Shown here in pieces: positions 12,569-24,311 of a stretch of 64,000 nt of DNA (positions are counted from its first letter, which is position 1; each line of letters opens with the position of its first letter). Source of the stretch: Diplonema japonicum (taxonomy: Eukaryota > Protista > Euglenozoa: Diplonemea); assembly GCA_964019335.1 (NCBI GenBank), contig OZ025740.1, positions 62,001 to 126,000 of the forward strand, written 5' to 3'. The position numbers were made by a program, and so were the translations under genes. The notes under the pieces were generated by a model. That model did not search any database and was not told the DNA's origin. It saw nothing but the letters and a program-made list of their open reading frames with translations.

Positions 12569-12662
12569 CTCGTGTCACGGTTCCGTGTGACTCTCCTCAA
12601 AAAAAAAAAAAAAATAGACCTTTGATAAGAGCGCAGAAAATAAAAGGGGGAAGGGAACTCTA

Positions 12663-12695
<33 letters not shown>

Positions 12696-13158
12696 ACTGT
12701 AAAAGTGAAAAAACCATGCCTGATTCAAATCTCCTAACTATGGCTCACCTGTCTGTGCGGGGTGGGTGGGTTACCTACAACTTCATTACGAAGGGCATTT
12801 TCCTGGTTTTAAACAGCCTGCACCCCCAGAGTACCAAAGTCATCAAGAAAAACTCTCACGCCCCCCCGCTAAGGGGTCTGAAATACCTTCAGCTATTTAG
12901 TCAGTACTTGTGCTTTAGTCCGACATTTCTGGCTACATTATCATCACTATCATCTTTTGGCTTGGAAAATAAAACGAGCCACAGTAAGGGGGAGGGGAGA
13001 GGGGGGGCGAATATCGATTTTCTTTTTTTCTCTGTCTTTGTTTTTGCGAAGGAAAAAAAAAAGAAGAAAAAAAAAAAAAAAAGAAAAAATCGAAAACGCA
13101 AGGGAGAGTGCAGGGTGTGTGTGTGTGTGTGGGAAACAAAAAAAAAAAAAAAAAGAAA

Positions 13159-13759
13159 CTACTAAAGGGGGGGTCCGAATAATCCCTGTATTTGGGCAGC
13201 GGAGGGGGGGTGTTTGGGCTCCAAAAAAAAAGAATGATTTGGAATACACTTATTTGGGTTGTACCTATTTGGGCTGGGCCTGCCACAGGGAGCGGCTTAG
13301 AGCACTTCAGAAATCCCAACATGCCAAATCGTGCGAAGATTCTTTTCATGCCTTTTTTTTTCGTAAAGGAAATTTTAACAGTTTTTCTCCCAGGCTGTGG
13401 AGAACCCACAACGTTGCAGACAAACCGCCTGGTTTTGGCGGGGGTCTGAGAGGCTTGAGAATCTGTCGGGGCTTGAGAAGCTGCAAGGGCTTGGGAGGCT
13501 GCTGGAGTCTCGTCAGGTGCAGTGTCCATTGTAACACCCGCAACAACGTTCTGTGCTGCACTGTCTAAAGGGTCCGACTCCTTCAAAGTGCTTACTTCGG
13601 CTTTAGAATCGTTGGAAAAAAAAAAAAAGAAAAGGGTCGGGAATTATTTGGGAAATTTGGAGCGGAAAAATCCCCGAAAAAAAAAAAAGAATTATTTTGG
13701 GAAAAACCACATTATTTGGGAGGGAATTATTCGGACCCCCCCCCCCCCCCCTTTATTAG
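13159..13759. mobile_element. Non-autonomous DNA transposon/MITE with about 30-bp terminal inverted repeats
   Basis: Left ctactaaagggggggtccgaataatccct versus reverse complement of the right end ctaataaagg(g)ntccgaataattccct; internal tatttggg sub-repeats. Confidence 0.7.
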
Positions 13760-14565
13760 AAGGATCTTTTTGAATTCTTTTTTTTTCTTTTTCTTTTTGT
13801 ACAGAAAAAGACTCTTCGATTTTTCTTTCTTCGTTTTTTTCATATTTTGAGGGGAGAAGAAGAGAAAAGAAAAAAAAAAAAGAGTGGGCGGTTTACCCAG
13901 GGAAGATGCATTCGTCATCCGAGGGGGCCTTTGGAGCATCGATAGGATACTCTCGGACTGTAATCGGTTACAAAAATGCCGCACAAAAAAAAAAAAAAAA
14001 ATACACAAATAGGAAGTGATGGGGAACAACTCTCCATCTCCTGCTGTTTGTTTTTAGAGTAACATGGGGGAAGTGAGGGATTGTTCCTAGGGAATCAATC
14101 ATTAAAAGAAAGAGAGAGTAAGCCCGTGTTACAAAATACGTGAGGTCAAAGCAAGTAAAGAAGAAATATAAGAGAAGAAAAGATGGAGGGGGGGAGGGGA
14201 GAGGGCATTGCTGGCAAGTAAACGTGTTTAAGGCTCTCTTTCGGACGCCGGCTTCCTTACGTTTCCTGAGAATGAAAAAAAAGTATTATCAGCTTACCCT
14301 CATTTCCTTTTTTTTTTTTTTTCTTTACCCCTTTTTTTTTTATATTTATTTTGCGTGTAAACTAGTTTCTTTTTTTTTTTTCTTTTTTTATCTTTCTGAT
14401 TTTTTATTTTTTTTTAATTTACTACACTGTTTCTCAGCTCGCAAAAAAAAAGGGGGGATGGGACCAAAGGGAGATCACTTTCTTTCTTTTTTTAAACCCC
14501 CCCCCGCCTTATTATACCCAGGAATGCAAAGGCGAGGCTCAGAAAAAGGAGATAGATTCTCAAGT

Positions 14566-16731
14566 TTAGACCTCGTCATCTTGAATCACCTTGCCAGAGG
14601 TTTTTGTTATCCCGAGCCAGCCCATCATGCACAGCACACCCATCACGATCTCGGCAATGAAGTTGATGATGAAGAAGGCAAAACCGTAGCTGAGGTCACC
14701 GTGGTTCTTGGCCTTTTGGCTGCAAAGCTGTGTGTGTGTTTTTTTAATTCACTCTTCAGAAATTACTTCACGCACTAGGGGGCCCATTACTTCACGGTGA
14801 AATAATGGCCTGTTTTCCGTGAAGTAATAGGGGTTTCCGATAAATAATATGCCTCGGTGGGCCAATTTTTGCCTCGGTTCAGCTCCCAGTGGGGCTACTT
14901 TTTCCTCTCAGTTTGCTAATTTCCCCCCAGGTTCAGCTCAATTGGCCAACTTTTCCAAGTTGGACCACTTTTTCCTCCCAATTTGCCCACTTTTGGCTAG
15001 GCCTTGTTCCCAGTTTCTGGGGGTAACTCTTCTGCGGGTAAGGGTAACTTAGTCAGCTTACCCAAGCTCCCCAAAAGACTTCAAAATATCGAAGCAGCAG
15101 AAAGTGAGGAGCGAGTAGCGCGCCAGGTATGAGAAGGCCTGATTAGAGATAGTGGCAATGCCAGCGACAGCGGCAGCACTTTTAGTCAACAAAAGGAGGA
15201 AAACAACTTGTTATTGTAACCTTTGTACCCAAGAGGGGGGTTGAGGGGGTACTTTTTATGTCCGATTTTGGGGGGTCTTGTCGTGGGGGTCCGTGGGGTT
15301 ATGGCTGGGCTAAAAAGGGCAGCATTCAGCCCTATTTGCCCTGAACTCTAGGATTGAGGTCAGTCTAGATGAAAAAAGCAACTTACGAACTTTTTTTCCA
15401 GCCAGGGTACACGTTTTGCATAAGGGGGCTTTGCAACAGGGGCACCACGTTTGCACCTTCTTCCCGCACCCAGGAACAACACAGAGCACCCTCCTCACCT
15501 TCGTTCCGTTCAACATGGTCTCTGATAGAGACGTTCTGGGTATTTCTGAGTGAGGGAATACTCATTGCTAGCGTGTTTGCGCTTGGGGGTCGGTGACGGT
15601 GTAGTCGGGGGTGGTGTGCTATCGGTTCGGGGCATGGACGGGAAGATTGCCAACAAGTTCTTCTTTACAGTTCGAGAAGCCATAATTTTTGCCACATTCC
15701 CCGTGATCAACAGAACATAGCATTCAACCGGTTTGAGCTTCTCACACATTCTGTTGTGTCGCAAATAGCAGTACAGTGTGGCATGTGTCAGCTGCGTGGA
15801 AGAAATTGTGGTAATGCACCATCCTGTAATTTAACCGCACCACTACCAAGAACCTGAGTAGTTTCTCCTCATTCACGCCTAGATCCCTGAAGCATCCTAC
15901 GCCCAGATTATGGAGGAGTTGGCAACACAGCTTTCCAGGACCCAATAAAAAACGGCCATGGTCCACTTCCGGGTCTTCATATGCCGAACCCCGATCCCCT
16001 GGAGCTGGAAGGGCATAACACTGTCGTCAACAGACAACCACTTGCCACACCGGTTGACAATGATGTCAAGAAACCTGTGCGTGAGGAGCAGTTTGTCTTC
16101 AGAGTCCTTACTGACGTTTTCTATGTTGTCAAAGGCGATGTGACGCTGGATGTCGACAAATCTGTTTCTGCCCATTGTTTTAAACGCCGGGATGGTTAGG
16201 ATTCGTTGTCCAGTAGCTCCTCATGTTCGGTGCCGAGCGTAAACCCATTACCGGGAACTCGAGTTAAATAATGACTCATTATTTGTTGGCAATAAATAGC
16301 TATTTTTTTTTTTTTTTTTTTTTTTAATATACCTTTCTGTCGTAAAGCCCAGCGACACAGCACCAAGTGATCATGAGGAAGAGTGCGCATACAAAATGGG
16401 TGACGAAAAAAAAATTGAGAACCGGAGCAAGCGGTTTCTGCACCTTCTCCTTCACCTGTGGTACGGCCATCAGGATGTGGACAATCATCGTGAGGGACAT
16501 GATCAGAACAGCAAGGACACCAAAGGCCGCGGCTGCCTTCGCGTGGTCGGCCACGTCGTCGCAGGAGGAGTCGACAAGTGCAATCCCGTTCCCCTTGGCT
16601 TCGAACAAGCCCACTCCACCGCTTGTGTTCAAATCTATGATGGCGTCCTTTCCTGCAAGGGCCACGATTTGAAATATCCATACCACTGTTGCCACAGCTG
16701 CTAGGACCATCGGTTTCCAGTCAATAGGCAT
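14566..16731 (-). CDS. Amastin-like 4-TM surface protein, copy 1 (exons 16731-16333 and 14727-14566; 1605-nt TE-filled intron)
   Basis: Exon 1 ends ..GLYDRK|GTATAT; acceptor (AC)nAG precedes LCSQKAKNHGDLSYGFAFFIINFIAEIVMGVLCMMGW..DEV*. Amastin-type C..AAAAF.VLA and C...YGFAF motifs; same intron position as the other copies. Confidence 0.8.
15310..16250 (-). mobile_element. Internally deleted piggyBac transposase relic inside the amastin intron
   Basis: MGRNRFVDIQRHIAFD...DKL...LSVDDSVMPF, KTRKWTMAVFYWVLESCVANSSIIW and Cys-rich CVVPGCGKKVQTWCPCCKAPLC are piggyBac DDD-domain and CRD motifs. Confidence 0.8.
15702..15900 (-). pseudogene. Fragment of a class I cyclic-nucleotide phosphodiesterase (PDEB-like)
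   Basis: LLRFLVVVRLNYRMVHYHNFFHAADTCHT...EKLKPVECYVLLIT matches the PDE YHNxxHxxD motif and the helix before HD; one frameshift. Confidence 0.8.
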
Positions 16732-16986
16732 TTTTTTTTCTTTTCTTTTTTTCTTTTTCTTCCCTTTCTTTTTAGGAGTATGAATAAAACATAAGAGGGC
16801 AGAAAAAAGATTATAATCGGGAAAATAAAATGGGGCGGGTACTGGTGCTGAGTGAATGGGAGGTGGGTGGGTGATACATTTTTTCTCTTTTTTTTTTTTC
16901 GGAGGAAAGACAAAGTTCCCCGGAATAGGGGGGAGCACAAAAGGTTCAATAAAAATATAATTATGCTTTATACCGTTTTCTGCCGT

Positions 16987-17018
<32 letters not shown>

Positions 17019-17567
17019 TTTTTTTCTAATTCTTTTTTTTTTTTTTTTGTTTGTGAGCTTGGTCAACGAAAGACCACCCCTACTAGTAAGAACCATAGAA
17101 GGGAGGGGGGAAAACTCCAAAAAAAAAAGACAATCCTCTTTTTCTTGTTTGAGCAATCTCAAAAAAGAAAAAGGGGGACGAAAAAAAATAATAAAAAAGG
17201 GGGGCTTTATTTTTCATTTTTTTTTTAAAATTTTGTTTTGGGATGGACAATTGTAGGAAGGTAAAAGAGTATTCTGTAAACGTGCGCCACAAATTGCATC
17301 ACCGAAAAGAAAGGGGGGGAAAAAATGGAAAAGGGGCACCAAGAGAGGGGGGGATACAAAAAAAATCTTTTTCAGGTTTTACAATATAACCGTTTTTTTG
17401 AAACTACGCTAAAAGAAGAAAAAAAAAAAAAAAAAAAAACAAGAACTGGCACTGGTTTTGTTGTTTGGTGCCAAACTGTAAGAAAGAAAATAAGAGGGGG
17501 AGGAAGAAAAAAAATAAAACAACAATCTTTTTTCTTTTTTTTTTATTTTTTTAAAAAAAGGCTTTGT

Positions 17568-18206
17568 TTAGAAAGGGTCCTGAGTGGATTTCGCGGAGGA
17601 GCCACCATGCCAGCCCATCATGCACAGCACACCCATCACGATCTCGGCAATGAAGTTGATGATGAAGAAGGCAAAACCGTAGCTGAGGTTGCTGCTGTTC
17701 TTAAGCTTGCCACCGCAAAACTGTGTGTGTGTGTGTGTGTGTTTTTCTTTTTATTATACTAACGTTTTATAGTATTCTTCTTTCTTTCTTTCCTTCCAAC
17801 ATACCTTTCTGTCAAACATCCCTGCAAGGACGCACCAAGTGATCATGAGGAAGAGTGCACACACGAAATGAACAGCAAACATGAAGTTCAGCAGTGGAGA
17901 CAAGGGTCCCGCCACCTTGCCCTTCGCAGGAGGAATGGCCATCAGGATGTGGACAATCATCGTGAGGGACATGATCAGAACAGCAAGGACACCAAAGGCC
18001 GCGGCTGCCTTCGCGTGGTCGGCCACGTCGTCGCAGCGGGAGTCCACCAGCCCGTCCCCACCACACTCGGAGTTGAAGAGCCCAGCGTCACACCAACCTC
18101 TGTCGGCATCCAGGATCGCATCCTTCGCTGCAAGAGCTACAACTTGGAAGATCCACACGATCAGCGCAACAACCGCAAGAGCAATGGCCTTACCGTCGAC
18201 GTTCAT
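17568..18206 (-). CDS. Amastin-like protein, copy 2 (exons 18206-17805, 17720-17568; 84-nt intron)
   Basis: GTATGT donor after DRK; (AC)nAG acceptor; exon 2 FCGGKLKNSSNLSYGFAFF...QDPF*; 184 aa spliced. Confidence 0.88.
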
Positions 18207-19030
18207 CTTTGTTTTATTCTTTTGTTTTTGTTTTTGTCTTTTCTTTTTTTTTTTTGCTTTTTTCAGAGCAGTAGGACGGGCGGCTCGAACATGTTGTTTA
18301 TGGATACTTAGTGCGAACCACGAGGCTAGACGGGCGAATGATGGATTGGCTGAGGAGCGAGTTGCGCGAAAAAATCTTTGGAAGAAAAAAAGAAAAGGAA
18401 GTAGAAAAGCTGAAGAAAAGAAAAAGGGAGCAGCCAATATAATAAAAAAAAAAAAGAAATCTGGATCTGGTCCCTTTTATCTTCATTCTTTTCCGTAAAA
18501 AAAAAGGGAGCGGGGAAGGGGCACAAAGAAGGGGAGGGGGGGGGGGGGGGGGGGGGGGGGCTACAAGGATGAAACAAAAAAAATTGCAAAAAGCCCTACT
18601 ACAGAAAATACGATCTTTTTTTTTTCTTTTTTTTTTTTTTTTTTTTCAAATTAATTCTCTTTGAATACTATTTTTAGAAAAAAGAAATTCCCCTAAAACT
18701 TCCAAAAACCACAACTTGTTATTTAAGGGTACCTGCGGTATGTGGCAGGACGCCCGCTCTACTGGTATAAACCCCTCAACCGAGCTGGTAGGACACAATA
18801 GTTGTACAGACACCTCACAAGGATGTGGCGGGTTGCCGGGGAGGCGAACACCGGTGTCGAGGGGAGTACCCCCCAAAAAAAAACGAGCTGTTTTGGAAGT
18901 TTAGAGGGTCCATAATAAAAAAAAAAAAAAAAAAAAAAAACTGCCCGATATAATGAAATGTGAGCAAATGAGATTCCCCTTGGGGGGAACTTTTTTTTTT
19001 CCCTTTTCTTTTCTTTTCTTTTTTTTTTTT

Positions 19031-19242
19031 CCAGGTTAACCGATCGGGTTTAAAATTGACGTCAATTTGTAAGGCGAGCATGCAGCCCATCTCATCTCCC
19101 GGTCCTCCCAAACACAGCCGAGCCCATGGACTCGGTTTTTAATTAGGATCGATCGATTAAACCGATTGTAAATCAAGAAAAACTCATCATTAACCAGACT
19201 GTGATCGAAAATCTAAAATTTCTCAAGTCGGGTTAACCCTGG
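19031..19242. mobile_element. Putative MITE
   Basis: Imperfect inverted ends ccaggttaaccga / tcgggttaaccctgg; internal accgat repeats; no clear target-site duplication. Confidence 0.5.
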
Positions 19243-19247
19243 ACACT

Positions 19248-19788
19248 ATGGTTTTTTCAAAGTGCAGGACAAACCCCCTCATGGAGGGCCGCCCTTGGGT
19301 GGGTTGGGGGGGGCTATCTATTTATACTCCCCTTCTGGAGCATTGCTTTCGTCCCAATCGAGGCCCTGAGCGTCTTGCGGAGTTGTGTGATGCGGTCTCG
19401 CTTGAGTCGGCTTTCAGTTCCATCAGCTTGTCGTGCGTGGAGTGGGTGGCGAAGATGGGCCTCCTGGCGAAACCCATAGCCGTCTTCCCACCTATTGCAA
19501 TGAGGGACTTCACTCTCTGTTCATCCGCTGGGAAGGGGCGTGGCTTCTTCTGTGCCCTGCATGCCGCGTTCAGCTTTCTTATCAGTGCTTTGATCTTGCG
19601 AGCCTATCTTCCAGTAGACCTCCCAATAACTTGCCTGTCCATTCGAAGACCGCTGACACTTCAGAGCTGGTGTCCTCCTTCACCCATCGTAGCTGTGACA
19701 ACCACTGCAGCAGCGGGTTCAAGAATTCTGCGACGATTCCTCCCACTCCTTCGAGCTCCCCCGCCGTTGGCACGAGGCATCTCCTCCT
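19248..19788 (-). mobile_element. Decayed non-LTR retroposon 3' fragment
   Basis: LLQWLSQLRW...VS...TGKLLGG and RPFPA...VKSLIAIG...GFARRPIFA align with the C-terminus of ORF 30036-31112. Confidence 0.75.
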
Positions 19789-19922
19789 AAAAAAAAAAAA
19801 AAAAAGAAAAGAAAAAAGAAAACAAAAAGCAATCTTTTACATTGGATGTTTTTAGGTTCATGACAACCACTCTTTTTGATACTAAGCTGAATAAGAATAA
19901 TGGAACCATCCGAGAGGGAGAA

Positions 19923-19957
<35 letters not shown>

Positions 19958-20050
19958 ACATTTAAGGGTACCTGCGGTATGTGGCAGGACGCCTCAAAAA
20001 AGGAATCGTTTTTTTTTTTTTTTTTCTATTTTTTTTTTCTTAAAGTTTGT

Positions 20051-20676
20051 TTAGAAAGGGTCCTGGGTGGATTTCGCGGAGGAGCCACCATGCCAGCCCA
20101 TCATGCACAGCACACCCATCACGATCTCGGCAATGAAGTTGATGATGAAGAAGGCAAAACCGTAGCTGAGGTTGCTGCTGTTCTTAAGCTTGCCACCGCA
20201 AAACTGTGTGTGTGTGTGTGTTTTTATACTAACGTTTTATAGTATTCTTCTTTCTTTCTTTCCTTCCAACATACCTTTCTGTCAAACATCCCTGCAAGGA
20301 CGCACCAAGTGATCATGAGGAAGAGTGCACACACGAAATGAACAGCAAACATGAAGTTCAGCAGTGGAGACAAGGGTCCCGCCACCTTGCCCTTCGCAGG
20401 AGGAATGGCCATCAGGATGTGGACAATCATCGTGAGGGACATGATCAGAACAGCAAGGACACCAAAGGCCGCGGCTGCCTTCGCGTGGTCGGCCACGTCG
20501 TCGCAGCGGGAGTCCACCAGCCCGTCCCCACCACACTCGGAGTTGAAGAGCCCAGCGTCACACCAACCTCTGTCGGCATCCAGGATCGCATCCTTCGCTG
20601 CAAGAGCTACAACTTGGAAGATCCACACGATCAGCGCAACAACCGCAAGAGCAATGGCCTTACCGTCGACGTTCAT
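20051..20676 (-). CDS. Amastin-like protein, copy 3 (exons 20676-20275, 20203-20051; 71-nt intron)
   Basis: Protein identical to copy 2; GT-AG intron at the same position. Confidence 0.88.
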
Positions 20677-21081
20677 CTTTGTTTTCTTTTTGTATTGTTT
20701 TTTTTTTTCCTTATTCTGGCTTATGCTTGCAAAAAAAAAACCTTCTTTCTTTTTTCTTATGAGAATGAATTGAGGGAAAGAGAGGGATTGGGCTCGGAAG
20801 AGCCACCTTTTCTTTTTTTTCTTTTTTAAATCAGACACATCCTGCTGGCTTGCCAAGCCCACCTCTCTCCCCTTCGTCTGCTGAGAGAGGCGACCAGATG
20901 TGCTTTTTGTTCCTTGAGTGACGCTTCATGTGAAACAAGACCTGTGCCCCGTGGGGGTTTCGTCCACAAGGTTTGGCAGGGGTGGCTATTTACTGTTTTT
21001 CTTTTTCTTTTTTTTTTTCTTTTTCTTTTTTCTATACATGCTTTTTCCTTTTTTCTTTTTTTTTTCTTCTTCTAAACAACT

Positions 21082-21500
21082 TTAACCATTAAAGGACGAA
21101 GCGCTAGATATCTAGCGATCAAAAAATTAATTTATTAAAATTAATTAATTTGCAAAGGCATTTTAAGTACCATAGACCCTTACCCTTGCACAGAATGACC
21201 TAGTTCCGCGATTTCTTTTCCCTCGAAAATCTGCAAGGCTTGTACTGTGCATCTGTGCCCAGCTTGCTTTGCGGACTATCACGAACCAGTGGTTTACCCA
21301 CCCCAATCTACCCCCTCTGGATATAAAAATGGTTGCATGCTCGAGGATGTTTTAATTTTAGTATACTTGCCCCCTTGCGCGAAAAGGCCGCGGCACGAGT
21401 TAGGCGAGGGAAGTTTTGGTTTTGTTAAATGCATGTTAAATACTTAGAAGCCAAATTTTTTGTGAGAGGTAGGTTTTGTGAAATAAAAAAGTTTTAAAAG
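21082..21500 (+). mobile_element. piggyBac-type end plus CRD relic
   Basis: TTAA followed by CCATTAAAGGACGAAGCGC (same end as at 37383); HLCPACFADYH CRD terminus at 21247. Right boundary uncertain. Confidence 0.7.
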
Positions 21501-22321
21501 AAAAAACTTTTTTTTTCTCAAAATAAAAAAAAAAAAAAGAAACAAGGAACTGTTGTTTGTAAGTGCCGCGCAAGAAAACCTGGAGAATTAAATAACACCA
21601 TGTATAAAAACACGTAGCCAATATCCCCCTTTTGTTCAGACAGGTAAAAAAGACTCTTAAGCCGCACTAGGGCTTACACAAGCCCCAGCACACGGCTTCG
21701 TTTTGATCTCTTCCGCCTGAAAGTATTTTGAAAATACTAAAAATAAATTCTTTTTTTCTCTTTGGTCAGATGAATTGTTTTTATAGCCAGCGTTTCCACT
21801 TTTTACTCACCTCAATTCCGGACGTAAGTAAATGTAAGCGTAAAACTATCTAGGCTAGCCACAAGTGACGATGGGTGGTGGCGTGATGGATCCGCGATGT
21901 CTGAGGGTTAGATTCTCTTTACGCGCTCTCATTACTTCACGCTAAGGTAAAAATTTGAGCTAAAGGAGTTCCTCGCGGGAAGCCTCCTTTCTTTTAAAGA
22001 AGAGATGTGGGGGTAAGTATATTAATTGGGAAGTCCGGAGTAGAAAAGGGTTCTCGAAACAACGTTGTCTCGGCTTTTTAGTGGTGCCATGCAGGAAGTG
22101 GGTTGTGAAGCTTCGCCCCGAAGTCCCCTGTGGTCCCGTAGAAAGTAAACTCGATAAAATGTCAGTGTGCATGGGGGTGCTCACTGTTCAGGTAGAAGTA
22201 AAAGTGAAGAGGTAAAGAAAGCTTTATAGCTTTGAAATAGCGACACCAGCTTGGAATAAAATGAACTATTCTTGGGAAAGGAATTATTTTGAGACTAGAG
22301 AAAAAAAATCAAAAATGTATC

Positions 22322-23650
22322 TCACTCCCCGGCAGCCAGTGTTGTCATAAAGCTGTCCCTCATGGTATAGTGCACAGGGATGTGCCGTCCGTTGGGAATG
22401 AGATCCCTGACGGCCCCGCAGGGGCTCACAGAGCACCACGTCACGTCAAGACTGCCCCACTCCGCCTTGGTGACCTTCGGCGGGATGACAACCATCTCCG
22501 TGGGGGGAGGAAGGGTCCTGTTCAACGTCATCCTTGCGATTTCGCAGTAAACGTCCTTGTCACACCTCTGCACAAGCTTGCTGTCCCCGTTGGGGATGAG
22601 GGCCACCTTATTCCCATCGATGTAAACACACCAAGAAACCTCCATCTGCTTCCATTCAGCATCGTCGTACTCCTCCTCCTCCATAGTCGCCACAATGGGC
22701 TCGAATTCCTGCCTATAAGAGTTAAGACGCTCCCGCCAGACTGGGGGACAGCTCGCAGGAATCCCCAGGGAATTCGGTGAGAAAAGGTCTTTTGCAAAGT
22801 GGGTGGGCGAGAACCTCCTGAAATCCTGTGGGGGGGCGTTTAACCTTGGAGACATGGCAGAAGCGTGCGTAGGTGTGCGCTTCTCGCAAGGGGGAGTCTT
22901 CGTTATCAAATTGACATCGAAGACAGAAGGGTCCCGCTTAGAATTGCACAACTTGCGAATGCCACTTTTTTCATTGTCATTATTCGACGATTTTACAATT
23001 ATATCGAGGAGGGCTTCCTCTTCACGCTCGACGGCGGCCTTGCACTCCAGGATGAACTTGAGCTTGTCCGAAGGACTTACGGGTGTTGTGCTGCCGTTGG
23101 GAATGAGGCTTGCCCAGTGCCCACGGGTCGGAGCAGCCCAAACCAACTTGAAGCTGTCCCACTCCTGTTCTGTGTACGGGGTCACCAGCATGATGTTCAA
23201 TGAGTTCCTTATGTGGCCCAACGTCACAAGCCTCCCCTCCGCTGCCTCTGTCGGGGGCAGTGTGAAGGTCCCGTCGAGAAGGGCGTCGTTCAGGCACCCG
23301 TCCTCCACATCGTCAACGAGGCCCAAGAACTCGTCACAGTTCTCCTTCGTCACCGCCTGCTCCATGCCCCCAGGAACGAGCTCCATCCCTGCCATCCCGG
23401 GCTTCTCCGGAACCATGAAATACATCCCTTCCTTGAAGGTGCCCTTTTTCATTTCCTTCACGGCCGCCTGCCACTCCTTGTACCTAGCCGTGCATGTCCT
23501 TCTCATGATGCCTTCGATAGAACGGAACAACACGTCCTCCCCGGGCCTCGCCTGCACCAGCCCATCCACAAGCTGCTCCACCATCGCAGGGACACGGTGC
23601 TCTGAAAGGTACTTCACTGCCTTCTTTTGGGGGTGTCTGCAATAATCCAT
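22322..23650 (-). CDS. RIIa/DPY30-like docking-domain protein with four HECT N-lobe subdomain-like repeats
   Basis: YLSEHRVPAMVEQLVDGLVQARP (D/D-like); repeats ELVPGG..VTKEN..EF, LIPNGSTTPVS..DK..F, LIPNGDSKLV...DK..Y, LIPNGRHIPV...R..F. Confidence 0.75.
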   Translation of the reverse strand: MDYCRHPQKKAVKYLSEHRVPAMVEQLVDGLVQARPGEDVLFRSIEGIMRRTCTARYKEWQAAVKEMKKGTFKEGMYFMVPEKPGMAGMELVPGGMEQAVTKENCDEFLGLVDDVEDGCLNDALLDGTFTLPPTEAAEGRLVTLGHIRNSLNIMLVTPYTEQEWDSFKLVWAAPTRGHWASLIPNGSTTPVSPSDKLKFILECKAAVEREEEALLDIIVKSSNNDNEKSGIRKLCNSKRDPSVFDVNLITKTPPCEKRTPTHASAMSPRLNAPPQDFRRFSPTHFAKDLFSPNSLGIPASCPPVWRERLNSYRQEFEPIVATMEEEEYDDAEWKQMEVSWCVYIDGNKVALIPNGDSKLVQRCDKDVYCEIARMTLNRTLPPPTEMVVIPPKVTKAEWGSLDVTWCSVSPCGAVRDLIPNGRHIPVHYTMRDSFMTTLAAGE

Positions 23651-24311
23651 ATCTGTTTTTCTTTTCGAAAGAGGGAAGGAAAATCTGGAAAAAAACTATT
23701 TATATTTAAATGTTCTTGCTCTCCCCCCCCCCCCCCCCCCCCCCCAGCAACACTCAATTTTATGCAAAGAAGCAAGGCGTCCGTCTCATGCATCCTCCGT
23801 CCAGAGTTTTGCTCAGTGTCCCCCCGTCGAAATGAATTCTGAAATCTGGTGGGATTTCTTCGCAAGTGCGGTTGAGCCAGACCTCCAAACGGCCTTCAAG
23901 GACGCGAGACGCGAAAAGGCTCAGACTCGAAAGATGCAGCCATGTCAGCCAGGTCGCTATACAGTACAGCTATTAGATAAAAAAAAAAAAGGAAGGAAAA
24001 TGGCCGCGATATAGGGAAATGTATGCAGGTAAGACTATGAAGCCCCTAACGGCCGAACTGTAGGAAAAACGGAACCATCCGAGAGAGGGGAAAATAAAAA
24101 AAAGTGTCATTGAAGGGAACTGCAGTATGTGACAGGATCGCAACTGTGTTTGATTCCTTCTGACGTGGTGCTTGGCCCTTCGTGGTATCTCTTCAGCAGC
24201 TTGGGCGTGAAGCCAACTAGCAAGTTGTTGAGGGGTGGCCTTCGAGGTCGCGAAAACAAAAAAAAAAAAAAAAAAAGAATCTCCTATTTATTTCTTTTTT
24301 TAAGAAGCTTG

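Noticed and set aside
15126-15140. ggtatgagaag resembles the start of a trypanosome SL intron
   Set aside because: No SL exon upstream; short chance match.
17754-17804. ORF-track C-terminus VCWKERKKEEYYKTLV of the amastin copies
   Set aside because: Intron read-through; the spliced exon supplies the fourth TM segment.
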